A stretch of DNA of 64,000 bases from a virus. The stretch is taken from the IMG/VR virus record IMGVR_UViG_2718217647_000001; one strand, 5' to 3'. The notes under the pieces are model-generated. The model ran no database searches, had not been told where the DNA came from, and saw nothing but the letters and a program-made list of their open reading frames with translations. This document shows positions 37,352 through 47,226 of the stretch, in pieces. Position numbers and translations under genes: made by a program. How positions within the stretch are numbered: position 1 is the stretch's first letter; the number at the start of each line of letters is the position of its first letter.

Positions 37352-38083
37352 ATGGCCGAATTAACAAATGAAATGATTCAAAAAAGATTTGAGACGGTAT
37401 CTTCTGGCACCTATTCTCCGGAGATCCCGGGCCTGCCGGGCATCACTTTTATAAAGCTGGGACTGAAAGAGCGTGGGCAATCCTCCCGGGCCTATAGCGC
37501 CCGACTGAAGGAACTTATGGCTGCCGGCGGATATTTCTCTGAGGCTCTATTGCCTACAGTCCTGGAAAAGGCCTGCAGGGAGAATGGAATGGATCTTTCC
37601 GTAATCGGGAAGCAGCGGGCTATCCAAAAGAGATTCTATGACAGCATCCCCCCGGAGCTAATGGATCCTTACGACAAACTGACCGAAGAAGAAGTGGCCT
37701 TGCTTCCGGAAGAAGTGAAAGCGGAAAGGCAGGAGGCCATCGAGGAGCGCGGCCGGCAGATCATGGAGTTTATGCAGAACTTTTACAGCGTAGCAGATAA
37801 AAAGGTGTTCGAACAGTGTCGGCAGATTGAGGCGCTGGAACAACATCTTAAGGCTAACACGGCAGAGCATCACGCCCGGAAACACCAGATGGAGACGGAG
37901 ATCCTCCTATGCGCCAGGCGGTCGGATGATATTAATATCCCTTACTTTTCGAGCATTGAGGACATTCAGGAGCTGGAGGACCGGAATAGAACAGGGCTTG
38001 TACAGTTGTACTTGAAATGGAAGCAGTTCCGAGAAGGGCTAACGCCAGAATTTTTTCGTCCCAATAGTGCTGCTCTGCAATGA
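37352..38083 (+). CDS. Tail assembly chaperone (gpG-like)
   Basis: Position after the major tail gene; acidic helical protein; ends at GAA TTT TTT CGT slippery site. Confidence 0.7.
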   Translation: MAELTNEMIQKRFETVSSGTYSPEIPGLPGITFIKLGLKERGQSSRAYSARLKELMAAGGYFSEALLPTVLEKACRENGMDLSVIGKQRAIQKRFYDSIPPELMDPYDKLTEEEVALLPEEVKAERQEAIEERGRQIMEFMQNFYSVADKKVFEQCRQIEALEQHLKANTAEHHARKHQMETEILLCARRSDDINIPYFSSIEDIQELEDRNRTGLVQLYLKWKQFREGLTPEFFRPNSAALQ

Positions 38084-38363
38084 GTGGATATACTCCTTTA
38101 GGGATGCAGGAGAAAACACCGGGACCATATTTCCCGGCGCGGTTGCAGCATGGACAGCTGACCAAAAGCGCTTGGTCTCAGTAAGTAAAGAATATGCAAA
38201 TGTCTTTTCATCTCTGGCCATGCGGGGCCACGACCGCCCCGATGAAGAGATCCTTCATAATTATCGCAAGTTTCAGGAGTGGTGGGATGAATACACCCGG
38301 GATCCGGAGATAGGGGAAAATCCGTACAAGAAATATAGCCAGGGATTTAGTACACGAGGTTAA
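38043..38363 (+). CDS. gpT-like frameshift extension of the tail chaperone (+1 frame)
   Basis: Frame open from 38043, overlapping the chaperone end; no SD before GTG 38067. Confidence 0.6.
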   Translation, partial: RQNFFVPIVLLCNEWIYSFRDAGENTGTIFPGAVAAWTADQKRLVSVSKEYANVFSSLAMRGHDRPDEEILHNYRKFQEWWDEYTRDPEIGENPYKKYSQGFSTRG

Positions 38364-38415
38364 ATATCTTTCTGACACGAGCAGGAAAAATGCAAGTATA
38401 AAGGAATATTTAGGG

Positions 38416-39099
38416 GTGAAAGGAGGTTCTATTTTGGAAAATCTTTTAGCATATATTTTGTTACTTGCTCCTGGCCTTGTAGTTATGCTAATCAATGAAA
38501 GAGCTGGCTCTCATCCTGCCTCTAAATATACTAATACAGAAAAAATTGTAATGGCGGTATTGTTCTCGGTTCCAGTTTTTATTCTGAATCTAGTGTTACT
38601 TGGATTCAAAAATAGAAATATCGGGGAGGCAAGTGCGACTGGGTTATTAATAGAAATTCAATCATTGGGAAATTTGTTATTTTATTCAATTACAAGTATT
38701 TTATTTTCTTTCCTTGTGTGCTTATGTTGGCATACCTTTGTTAAGAGAGAATTGGTTGTCGATTTTATTAACAAGTTAAGAAAGACTGGAGATAAAGCGG
38801 AAGTCAATGAAGGTAATTTGGTTTGGGAGGATGCCTTTCATGGCGCCGAGAGACAGGCAGTAAGGGTCACTATTAAAGACGCAAGGTTTTATGGAAGTCC
38901 TGTTAATATGTCTGAAATCATTTCAGATGAGCGGTGTTTGCTACTTGATGATTCAGAAATAATTAGGGATATCGTAGAACGGTACAATATCCCTGTAAAA
39001 AAGGTTTATGTTGATACAAAGTCAGGTGTTGCTGTTGAAATATTTGATTCTAACAAGTTCGTTGAAGCTTATTATAGGGGTCGCTATATAAAATATTAG
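38416..39099 (+). CDS. Membrane moron (DUF6338-like)
   Basis: Three hydrophobic helices plus a soluble C-terminal domain; ILLLAPG motif. Confidence 0.6.
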   Translation: MKGGSILENLLAYILLLAPGLVVMLINERAGSHPASKYTNTEKIVMAVLFSVPVFILNLVLLGFKNRNIGEASATGLLIEIQSLGNLLFYSITSILFSFLVCLCWHTFVKRELVVDFINKLRKTGDKAEVNEGNLVWEDAFHGAERQAVRVTIKDARFYGSPVNMSEIISDERCLLLDDSEIIRDIVERYNIPVKKVYVDTKSGVAVEIFDSNKFVEAYYRGRYIKY

Positions 39100-39327
39100 T
39101 TATTTATTTTCCTGGCTTTTTGCCGGCGTGATCGGAGGAACAATACTATCCTTCTTTACTGAGAAGTTTTCATGTTGCTTTATCCCTGAAAGGTCTCCTG
39201 TGCTTTTTTGTATTGTCTGCTGTTGATCTTGTTTTGGTATAGGCGGTATAATGCTTGATTTTGTTACTGATTCTATACATTTCTCTAGCTTGTTTTTCTC
39301 TGATGTTTTATTTGTTTCATCTGCCAT
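39100..39327 (-). CDS. Small low-complexity moron
   Basis: SD AGGAGGTG; internal repeat SIIPPIP / SIVPPIT. Confidence 0.6.
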   Translation of the reverse strand: MADETNKTSEKNKLEKCIESVTKSSIIPPIPKQDQQQTIQKSTGDLSGIKQHENFSVKKDSIVPPITPAKSQENK

Positions 39328-39470
39328 AAGGCTTCACCTCCTTCCTGACGTATGATCCTGTCAACTCATATTTCGACAGGAAGGAGGTAATTCCTGTAAA
39401 AGATTGAATTGGGCAACAGGATAAATTTCCCTTCTGTCGAAAATATAAGCAGAAGGGAGGTGAGTTCTGT

Positions 39471-39863
39471 ATGGAGCGAGATGCAAAGCAAACAGTATTA
39501 TTGGCTATATATACTGAGTATCAAAAAGATATACCTGATATGGAAAATGCAATAAAAGCTGCAAACCTTGGTTTAGAGAAAAATGTATTTAAAGTTGCTT
39601 TAGATAAACTTGAGAATGAAGGATTAATCAACGGGGTTGAATTCAGAAGGGGCGGGAATACAGCGATACCTCTGACGGCTTTAACAACATATATAAAAAT
39701 AACTCCTATTGGCATAAGATACGTGGAAGACAAGCTGAATATTGATGGAGCATCGACTGGGGAACAAAAAGTAAAAGGATTATTAAGTAGGTTTACTGAG
39801 TGGGGATGGGAGCAATTAAAAGATGTGGCAGCCAGAACACTGGCAGAAATGGCAAAGAATTAA
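39471..39863 (+). CDS. YjcQ-like winged-helix protein
   Basis: ALDKLENEGLING...ITPIGIRYVEDKL. Confidence 0.65.
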   Translation: MERDAKQTVLLAIYTEYQKDIPDMENAIKAANLGLEKNVFKVALDKLENEGLINGVEFRRGGNTAIPLTALTTYIKITPIGIRYVEDKLNIDGASTGEQKVKGLLSRFTEWGWEQLKDVAARTLAEMAKN

Positions 39864-39966
39864 TGGGTGCCGCCAGGCTCTTTTTGTTTGTCGTAAAGTG
39901 TCGGAATTTTGGGTAAGGATTTTGCCTCCCTGTGGCGAAATAAGGGGGAAGAAGGGAGGCGAAGAA

Positions 39967-40272
39967 ATGCCAATATGTGTATCAAGAGAAGACTATCCAA
40001 ATATAACAGAAATTTGGGGACATGGGGAAAATACAATTGTTGTAAATACAACTGACGGAAGACGTGTAAAAATTACTGCTGCGCATAATATACGTAGTGG
40101 AGCAATTCCAAATTATTATGCTGATTACGAAGAAGTAAGAGAAATTGAGATTGACGGTGAGACGTTAGAAGTTTGGGTAGATGCTCATTATCCTTGGCAA
40201 GATGGAGATACTGTTGAGGACTGTTTATTAGGTGCATTGGTTTGGGTTAATAGCGGCGAGAAGGACAATTGA
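39967..40272 (+). CDS. Acidic hypothetical moron
   Basis: ATG 39967 behind GGGAGG; own promoter motif. Confidence 0.65.
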   Translation: MPICVSREDYPNITEIWGHGENTIVVNTTDGRRVKITAAHNIRSGAIPNYYADYEEVREIEIDGETLEVWVDAHYPWQDGDTVEDCLLGALVWVNSGEKDN

Positions 40273-40513
40273 GAAGCACGAAATGAGTTGATTGAGTTGA
40301 AACGTATTCTAATCAAAGAGTCCTCCGGGCTCTTTTCTTTTGTCGTAATATGTCGAAATTTTTGTCAAGGAAAGTCGCATTTTATGTTGAATAATAGTGA
40401 TAACCGGAAAATATCTTTAAAACTCAATAGTATTGCTTGCGATAGGCTTAATTTTTCCATATTTGGTTGACTTTTTCTTTGGCTAATAATACTATTCTAT
40501 AGAGAGGTTCAAT

Positions 40514-40960
40514 ATGTGGCAAACTGTTAAGAATTTCCTCTTACAGTACTCTTTAAAAGATTATATTGAGGCAATAATTGCAATATTGGTAGGGTGTTCT
40601 GCTTTGTATAGTGCCAGAATTTCAAAGAAAGTAGAAGAAGGAATCACAAAAATTACCGATATTCAATATTATAATAAAAGCAGAAAAAAATTAGCTGGAA
40701 ATTTAAAAGAATGCGAACGGTTTTTTTCTGATAAGGATATTAAAATTGACTTAACAGTAATTTCCAAAACCCAAAAGGCAATACAAGATTTACGAGTATA
40801 TTCTATAATATTTAATAAGAAAGAGCAGAAAAAGCTAAATCAGGTATTAAAGTTAATTAATGAGAATGAGAGTAATTATGCAAATGCGGAAAGAACCCAA
40901 ATTTTAGAGATTATTAATGCATTTATTGCAAAGCTTGAGAAGGGGGATATATTGTTATGA
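40514..40960 (+). CDS. AT-rich moron with N-terminal TM helix
   Basis: ORF track; SD GAGG. Confidence 0.7.
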   Translation: MWQTVKNFLLQYSLKDYIEAIIAILVGCSALYSARISKKVEEGITKITDIQYYNKSRKKLAGNLKECERFFSDKDIKIDLTVISKTQKAIQDLRVYSIIFNKKEQKKLNQVLKLINENESNYANAERTQILEIINAFIAKLEKGDILL

Positions 40961-41391
40961 ATGTAACCAATAAAATTAAGGAGCTAATTGAGAGTTTAAC
41001 TGCCTTGACAAAACAAAAAAAGATTGAATGGAATACCATTGCTGAGTATATGGAAGAAAATAGGAATGAAGTTCTGCGGTATCTGATTATTAATAATAAC
41101 CGGTATTATGATAGTAATTGGAGGGAACCACATCTAAACGAATACTATTCTTATTGTGCGCCATTTATGGAGGGACTTGTATATATATTTATGTATCATA
41201 ATTATCCCTCAGAAAGTAGATATTTTATTTTGAGTGTACAGAATAAAAAAGTTAGTCAGATTATTCCTTTAAACACGGCCGAGACTTTCCAAAATGAATT
41301 GGAAAACCTTGTATTTTATATAAGTAACGAATTTGACAATATAGATTCATTTGTGGATTTGATTATTGCCAAAGGAAAATCTCCCGAGTAA
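40957..41391 (+). CDS. AT-rich hypothetical moron
   Basis: ATGA overlap with the previous gene. Confidence 0.7.
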   Translation: MNVTNKIKELIESLTALTKQKKIEWNTIAEYMEENRNEVLRYLIINNNRYYDSNWREPHLNEYYSYCAPFMEGLVYIFMYHNYPSESRYFILSVQNKKVSQIIPLNTAETFQNELENLVFYISNEFDNIDSFVDLIIAKGKSPE

Positions 41392-42021
41392 TTGAAATCA
41401 ATTAACAACATGATGGATAAAAGAGGCAATAAATACAGAAAAATATGTGATGAAAGACGAATATCAAGCCACCAAAAATATATTCAGCATCTGAATGGCC
41501 TATCCATTAAATATGGTGTCCCTAAAAATATATTAATTGGAATATATTTCATAGAGACAAGCTTTCGCCCTTTATATTTTAGGATTTGTGAGTATATATT
41601 TGTTATTTTGGGGGTCTTGTTAAATTTTGCATTTAAAGTACCTTTAAAAAATTATACCATTGGAAGATGTCAAATTGGTATTTCATCAATTTTAATTTTT
41701 TCAGGGAAAGATATTTATAAACATAGTCGATATATAAAAAAGGTCAGCAAGTCAGACTTCTTAAATATTGTCAAGGCTATGCATTATAAAAGAAACCTTG
41801 AGATTTCCGCATTAATAGTTCGTAGACTATATGTTAAATCTTTTAAAACTGCAAATAACTATAACAACCAATTACGCCACATTGGAGAAAATTATAATGG
41901 GCGATATTCTTATGGATTGTTATTGGATGAAATAGTAAGCTGTTTGGATAAAAGAAATAAAGTTAACAAATTAATGAAACGTCCCGATACGAAAAATTCC
42001 ATAATAGTGGAACGCAAATAA
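41392..42021 (+). CDS. Moron with lysozyme/SLT-like motifs and a TM segment
   Basis: GIYFIET, IGRCQI, YNG motifs in SLT order (inference). Confidence 0.5.
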   Translation: MKSINNMMDKRGNKYRKICDERRISSHQKYIQHLNGLSIKYGVPKNILIGIYFIETSFRPLYFRICEYIFVILGVLLNFAFKVPLKNYTIGRCQIGISSILIFSGKDIYKHSRYIKKVSKSDFLNIVKAMHYKRNLEISALIVRRLYVKSFKTANNYNNQLRHIGENYNGRYSYGLLLDEIVSCLDKRNKVNKLMKRPDTKNSIIVERK

Positions 42022-42030
42022 CCAGACTAA

Positions 42031-42052
42031 AAAGCACCCATGCGGGTGCTTT
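42031..42052. terminator. Bidirectional terminator between convergent morons
   Basis: AAAGCACCC-ATGC-GGGTGCTTT. Confidence 0.8.
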
Positions 42053-42079
42053 CGTTGTTGAAAGGGGGAATTATTTTAA

Positions 42080-42589
42080 TCACACTGCTATCATCTGTTT
42101 TAGCATAGGGTATTGATTCATGATATCTTTACCCCCGAAGAATAGTTCATAAGATATCCCGGCCTCATTGTAGGTTAGCTGGATCAGATTGCCATTTGCC
42201 GGATTACTTCCTGACATGGCAGCACCTGCAAAGGCTCCGGCGGGACCGAGGAGTAAACCGCCGAGCGCGGCTCCGGCGAGTACATTGCTGGAATCAGAGT
42301 GTGGGATGAATTTGATTTCCTTAATATCAGTTTTCAGAAGTTCAATGTCGTGAATTAGGAGGTTATTATTTTGAGGCTTGACGTAAATAAGTTTCGGTCC
42401 CTTTAATTTAGGGTGACCGCCCAGGTAATATATTTGGAGCCGGGTATTTTTATTCTTATAATAGTCAATAATTTTGTATATACCTACTGCAATAAAGGCT
42501 AAAGAAACAAACAGTGCAAATATCCAGGACTCCATTAATAACCACCTCCAAAAAGGGAATTTCACTATATTATTCTTCTTTTGGCCCAT
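42080..42589 (-). CDS. Membrane moron with glycine-zipper motif
   Basis: TM helix; GAALGGLLLGPAGAFAGA. Confidence 0.7.
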   Translation of the reverse strand: MGQKKNNIVKFPFWRWLLMESWIFALFVSLAFIAVGIYKIIDYYKNKNTRLQIYYLGGHPKLKGPKLIYVKPQNNNLLIHDIELLKTDIKEIKFIPHSDSSNVLAGAALGGLLLGPAGAFAGAAMSGSNPANGNLIQLTYNEAGISYELFFGGKDIMNQYPMLKQMIAV

Positions 42590-42673
42590 TTTACCTTTCT
42601 ATTAATAATATTTTTTAAACAGGCGTAAATTGCCTGTTTTAATTTTTGCCTAAAAATATAAGGAGGTGATACC

Positions 42674-45600
42674 TTGTCAGAGGCAGTTCTACAGGCTACC
42701 ATCCGTGCTTTTGACGAATTTTCTGCTTTGTTTCAAAAGTTTCAGCAAGAACTGCAAAAAACTGAACAGGCTGAGAAGCAGGTAGAGACATCTACGGTAA
42801 GTGTAAACCAGGCAATGGGAGAATTGGTCAAAGCAAAGAATAGGGCTCGGGAAGCAACAGAGAGCTTCAACAGGATCTTAGCAGAGATGGCCCGAGGAGA
42901 AAAGCAAGGGATAGACATCACTAAACAGTTTGATGCAGCTTTCACGGAATTTGTTGCTGCAGAAAAAGCGGTGGAGCAAGAAACAAATCGACTGAATCAA
43001 GTATTTGCACAAAATGGGGTTGCAGGGAAGCAGGCCCAGACGGCTCTAAAGCAAGTCGATCAAGCGTTAGATGGTGTCGATAATCAAGCAAAGCAGGCTC
43101 ATAGATCCACATCGGACTTTTTGCAGACTATAGGCCAGCTAGGGGCCTTGTATTCTTTTAAGCGCGGGCTGGAAGAAGTCCTAATAACGGGTAGAGAGTT
43201 TGAACGTACTATCACACAAGCCCAAGTTATTGTCGGAGATTTTAGCGATACTTTAGAAGAGTCTGCCATGTCAATGAAAGATAGTATTTTTCTACCGCGC
43301 CAAGTTGCAGAAGCATACCGGGAATTGGGAGCTGCGGGACTTGAAACTAATGAGGTATTGATGTCCAGTCCGGACATAATGAATTTCGCAACCGCGGCCA
43401 TGATCGACATGACCAGTTCGGCAGAAGCAACAATCGCTGCAGTAAAGGGGTTTAATCTTTCTTTTGAACAGTCTGAGGATGTTGTTGATGCCTTCTCGGT
43501 GGCCATGGACAAGACAACATTGGCAGGAGAAGATTTTGTCCGTGCCCTGGCTTCTGTAGGTCCTGTGGCTGGCGGATTGGCGAAACAGTCCTTAGAAGAT
43601 ACTTTGAGCTTAGTGGCTGCATTAAAGGATATGGGGGCCTCTGCGGAAGACTCATCAACCTCGGTCCGTAGTATGCTTCTCCAATTAATAAATCCTACAA
43701 GAGAGGCACAGGAAACTCTGGAAGCTTTAAGTATTTCACTTTATGATTCAGCTGGGAACATGAAATCTCTTCCGGATATCATCGCCCAATTTGAAGTTGC
43801 TCTGGCGGGCTACAATGAGAGATCAAGGCAGTTAATCATGACAACTGTAGCTGGAAGTGATGGAATTAGGGCATTAGCTGCAGGATTAAGTATGGGAAGC
43901 GATAGACTTAAAGAGCTATCCCGGGCAATGGCAGAAGGTCAAGGAAGAGCCGCTGAATATGCCAGCATCATGGGGGACACATTCGATGGAAGCGTTCGGA
44001 AAGCTGCGGCGAGTTGGGAACGCCTCAAGATCGCAATGTTTGAAAGTGCTTCTCCAAAGATAATGGATTTACTAAATGGAATTACTGCTCTGGTAGATGG
44101 CTTTAATTCCCTTGATGAATCAACGCAAAAAGTAATTGAATCCTTAGTCGGCAACGGCGGTTTTATAGTAGCTTTAGGATTAGCAACGGCAATGCTCAGA
44201 ACATTTCTCATAACTCTTGGGCTGGCAGCAGGACCAGCAGGAATAGCTGCATTGGTTACCACTGGGTTAATTGCTTTAACAGGGGTAATTATAGGAATTA
44301 CAGGAGCTCAGCAATCAGCCAAGCAAGCCCAGGACGAGGCCAACAAATCCCTGGCCGAGTACCAAAAACTGATCGCCGGCACGGCCACCACCGAAGAAAT
44401 TAAAAACCTTGACACGCGGATCGAGAAGCTAAAGGAGTTGACCCAGCGGTACGATGAGTTGAAAAAGAAAATGTCTGAGCCAACAACAAAAATGGTTGAA
44501 CCGACTGGTGAAGTAGAAATAGTTGCTTTTGGACGTGGCGGGGGAGTAGCACGTACGGTAGCAGACGGGATGCGAGAGGTAAACGCCGAACTTGAAAAGC
44601 TGGGACTGACCTACGAAAAGGCCCAGGAGGTTATTGCCGCCTACAGTAGGGAGCAGGAAAAGGCGACCCTTCTCGACTACCAGTCAGCTGTGGCCACGGC
44701 GAACAGCACGATACAGAAAGCCCTAGATGCCAAGGCGACATCGTCACTTATGAACGAATACCTGAGGCTCACGGCCAACGTCAAGTCCGATACAGACGTC
44801 GCGAAGCTGTCGATCCAGACTAAGGCGCGCCTTTCCACGGTTGTGGACCAGCTCTCCGGAAGTTACGGCTACCTGGTTAGCGCCATCGATGGACACGGGA
44901 AAGCAATGCTTCTTGACCGTGAGGGAGTCCAGCGACAGATTGACATCACCAGCGGACTTGCCCAAGCAGAAATGGCTGAAGCCCGGACATCTATGGAGAC
45001 CCAGCGACAGAAAACCCAGGTGGTGATCGAAGAAACAAAAACCCGCTTGAAAGTGTTACTCGAAGAACAGAACTCACTGTTTAAAGGCCAGCTTAATTAT
45101 GGTGATGCATTCGTTACGGTACACCGCATGGAAGATATACAGGCTATTCCAGGTCTCCAGGAGCAGTTGAACCAGGCCCAGCAGGCCGCCCTGGCTTACG
45201 AAAAAGCCATCAGCGCATTGAATAACATGAAGCCTGTGAACCTTGGTGGCATTTCCGGCGCCGGCACAAAGACGTGGACGCCGCCAGAGACCGATAAAAA
45301 ATCCAGCAGCGAGAACAAGGGCCTGGAAGAGGCGAAAGGGAAAATTGAATATATAACCAGTATTCTTTCTCCATTCAAAGATGCCACTGAAGCGGCCGCA
45401 AATGCCGTGTCTATACTTGGAGCAAAGGAACAATATCTTTTTCAGGTCATGGAGAGCGGGCAGGGCACCCTGCTGAAAGCGGCTGAGCTGAATAAAATTC
45501 GCATCGACCAGGTTGGCCAGTTGGGGGCCCAGCAGCAGGCACTACATAAAGAAAATAATGAGTATGAATATCAACTTCAAAAATTACGGGAATTGGAGCA

Positions 45601-47212
45601 GGCATACAAGGCTGCCAACAACCCTGAAGCTGCCAAGGAAGTCAGGTCCGAAATAGATAACATCACCCGTAGCATCGCCCAGAACTCCCAGGCATGGTGG
45701 CAGTTAGAGCAGACGCAATTCCAGATCAACCAGAAGATCGCACAGGAGCAGGAGAAGAAATACAATGATGCCTATCAGCAGGCAATGGATCTGATGCGTC
45801 ACGAAATAAATATGGCCAGTATGAGCGCTGATCAACAGATTGCCTATCTTGAAAAGGTCCGGGAGCGGCATGAATGGACTGAACAGCAAAAATGGCAGCT
45901 GGAGGAACAACTTTATAATCTCCGTAGGCAGCAGCTGAGCAAATACCTGGAGAAACTGGATGAGGCTTATCAGGATCAGGTTGATGATATTAACAAAAAA
46001 GTAGAAAAGAAGATTGAGAAGCTCCAAGATCAGATCGATTCTCTCGATGAGGAGGACACCTCCTCCGACCGGGAGGAAACCGAACGCCAGCATAACCAAA
46101 AGATCGCCGACCTCCAGGAAGAGTATAACTACCATGATTTGCGCACCGGGAAAGAGCATGAAGAAAAGAAAAACGAGATCCTGGAGCAGATCGCGGAAGA
46201 GAACCACCAATGGGAACTGCAGCAGCAGAAGTGGGAGAGGGAAGATCAAAAGAAGCACCTGCAGGAGCAGATCGACCAGACTCGGGAATGGGGCGAAGAG
46301 GAAAAAGAAGAGCTTCAGGAGCACTACGACGAAGCCCAGAAGATTGCGGAGGAGAGTATTCTGGATACCATTGCCGCCTTGGCTGCAACGAATCCAGAGT
46401 GGCAAAAAACTGGTGAGGACCTCATTGATGCTCTCATAGAGGGCCTAGAAACTGGAGATTACAGCGGAATTAGGCGGGATCTGGAGAGGATCAAGGAAGA
46501 GTTTGAAGAGACCTTTCCAGGCGTTGACCCGGATGTTCCTGATAATGAAGATGAGGATGAAGACGAAGACGAGGGAAGCAGCGGAGGCGGCAAAAAGAAG
46601 CTTATCGCAACCATAACCCCTGATAAATATGAAATAATCAATAATCAGGCAGCCATGGCCGCAAGGGCATTGGGCGACATCCTTAATAAGAAAGTTGAAT
46701 GGAAGAATGGCCAGGTCGTCATCGGGGGGGAAGAAGTGGATACGCTGAAAAATGTCAACGGGACCGCCTATGTGTCCATTAGGGAGGCTGCTGAGGCATT
46801 GGGCTACACTGTTGACTGGAATAAGTCGGATGGCGTGAAGATTTACAAGGCGGCTCTTGGGGGGATCTTTACTCAACCATCATTGGCCATGATCCGGGAA
46901 GCCGGCGAGGATGAAGCGGTGCTGCCCCTGAAAATGCTGCAGCCCATGATCGATGAAGCTATGCAGAAGGCCATGGCTGTTGATCTGTACGAAGCTATCC
47001 GGAGAGAAGTACTCCCTAAATTAATCATATCCGGATTCGGAACCGGGGGAGCTGGGGCGGGGGGCGTCATATATCAGAACAATTACAACGCCCCGTTGTA
47101 TGGCACAGATAAAACCTATATCAACGACGAGACTGATGCCAGGCTGGTCGCCCGGGAGATTTACGGGCTGCAGCAGTCAGCACTCCGGGTGAGGGGAGCA
47201 AAGGGGAAATAA
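42674..47212 (+). CDS. Tape measure protein (TP901-type core)
   Basis: 1512 aa; VAEAYRELGAAG, SSVRSML...LINPT, YDSAGNMKSLPDII motifs; C-terminal GGIFTQPSLAMIREAGEDEAVLPL. Confidence 0.93.
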   Translation: MSEAVLQATIRAFDEFSALFQKFQQELQKTEQAEKQVETSTVSVNQAMGELVKAKNRAREATESFNRILAEMARGEKQGIDITKQFDAAFTEFVAAEKAVEQETNRLNQVFAQNGVAGKQAQTALKQVDQALDGVDNQAKQAHRSTSDFLQTIGQLGALYSFKRGLEEVLITGREFERTITQAQVIVGDFSDTLEESAMSMKDSIFLPRQVAEAYRELGAAGLETNEVLMSSPDIMNFATAAMIDMTSSAEATIAAVKGFNLSFEQSEDVVDAFSVAMDKTTLAGEDFVRALASVGPVAGGLAKQSLEDTLSLVAALKDMGASAEDSSTSVRSMLLQLINPTREAQETLEALSISLYDSAGNMKSLPDIIAQFEVALAGYNERSRQLIMTTVAGSDGIRALAAGLSMGSDRLKELSRAMAEGQGRAAEYASIMGDTFDGSVRKAAASWERLKIAMFESASPKIMDLLNGITALVDGFNSLDESTQKVIESLVGNGGFIVALGLATAMLRTFLITLGLAAGPAGIAALVTTGLIALTGVIIGITGAQQSAKQAQDEANKSLAEYQKLIAGTATTEEIKNLDTRIEKLKELTQRYDELKKKMSEPTTKMVEPTGEVEIVAFGRGGGVARTVADGMREVNAELEKLGLTYEKAQEVIAAYSREQEKATLLDYQSAVATANSTIQKALDAKATSSLMNEYLRLTANVKSDTDVAKLSIQTKARLSTVVDQLSGSYGYLVSAIDGHGKAMLLDREGVQRQIDITSGLAQAEMAEARTSMETQRQKTQVVIEETKTRLKVLLEEQNSLFKGQLNYGDAFVTVHRMEDIQAIPGLQEQLNQAQQAALAYEKAISALNNMKPVNLGGISGAGTKTWTPPETDKKSSSENKGLEEAKGKIEYITSILSPFKDATEAAANAVSILGAKEQYLFQVMESGQGTLLKAAELNKIRIDQVGQLGAQQQALHKENNEYEYQLQKLRELEQAYKAANNPEAAKEVRSEIDNITRSIAQNSQAWWQLEQTQFQINQKIAQEQEKKYNDAYQQAMDLMRHEINMASMSADQQIAYLEKVRERHEWTEQQKWQLEEQLYNLRRQQLSKYLEKLDEAYQDQVDDINKKVEKKIEKLQDQIDSLDEEDTSSDREETERQHNQKIADLQEEYNYHDLRTGKEHEEKKNEILEQIAEENHQWELQQQKWEREDQKKHLQEQIDQTREWGEEEKEELQEHYDEAQKIAEESILDTIAALAATNPEWQKTGEDLIDALIEGLETGDYSGIRRDLERIKEEFEETFPGVDPDVPDNEDEDEDEDEGSSGGGKKKLIATITPDKYEIINNQAAMAARALGDILNKKVEWKNGQVVIGGEEVDTLKNVNGTAYVSIREAAEALGYTVDWNKSDGVKIYKAALGGIFTQPSLAMIREAGEDEAVLPLKMLQPMIDEAMQKAMAVDLYEAIRREVLPKLIISGFGTGGAGAGGVIYQNNYNAPLYGTDKTYINDETDARLVAREIYGLQQSALRVRGAKGK

Positions 47213-47226
47213 AGGGGGGATGATCC

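Noticed and set aside
38161-38176. ACCAAAAGCGCTTGGT, resembling the palindrome core
   Set aside because: Has a 2-nt asymmetry, lacks the CCC/GGG arms and lies in coding sequence; probably chance.
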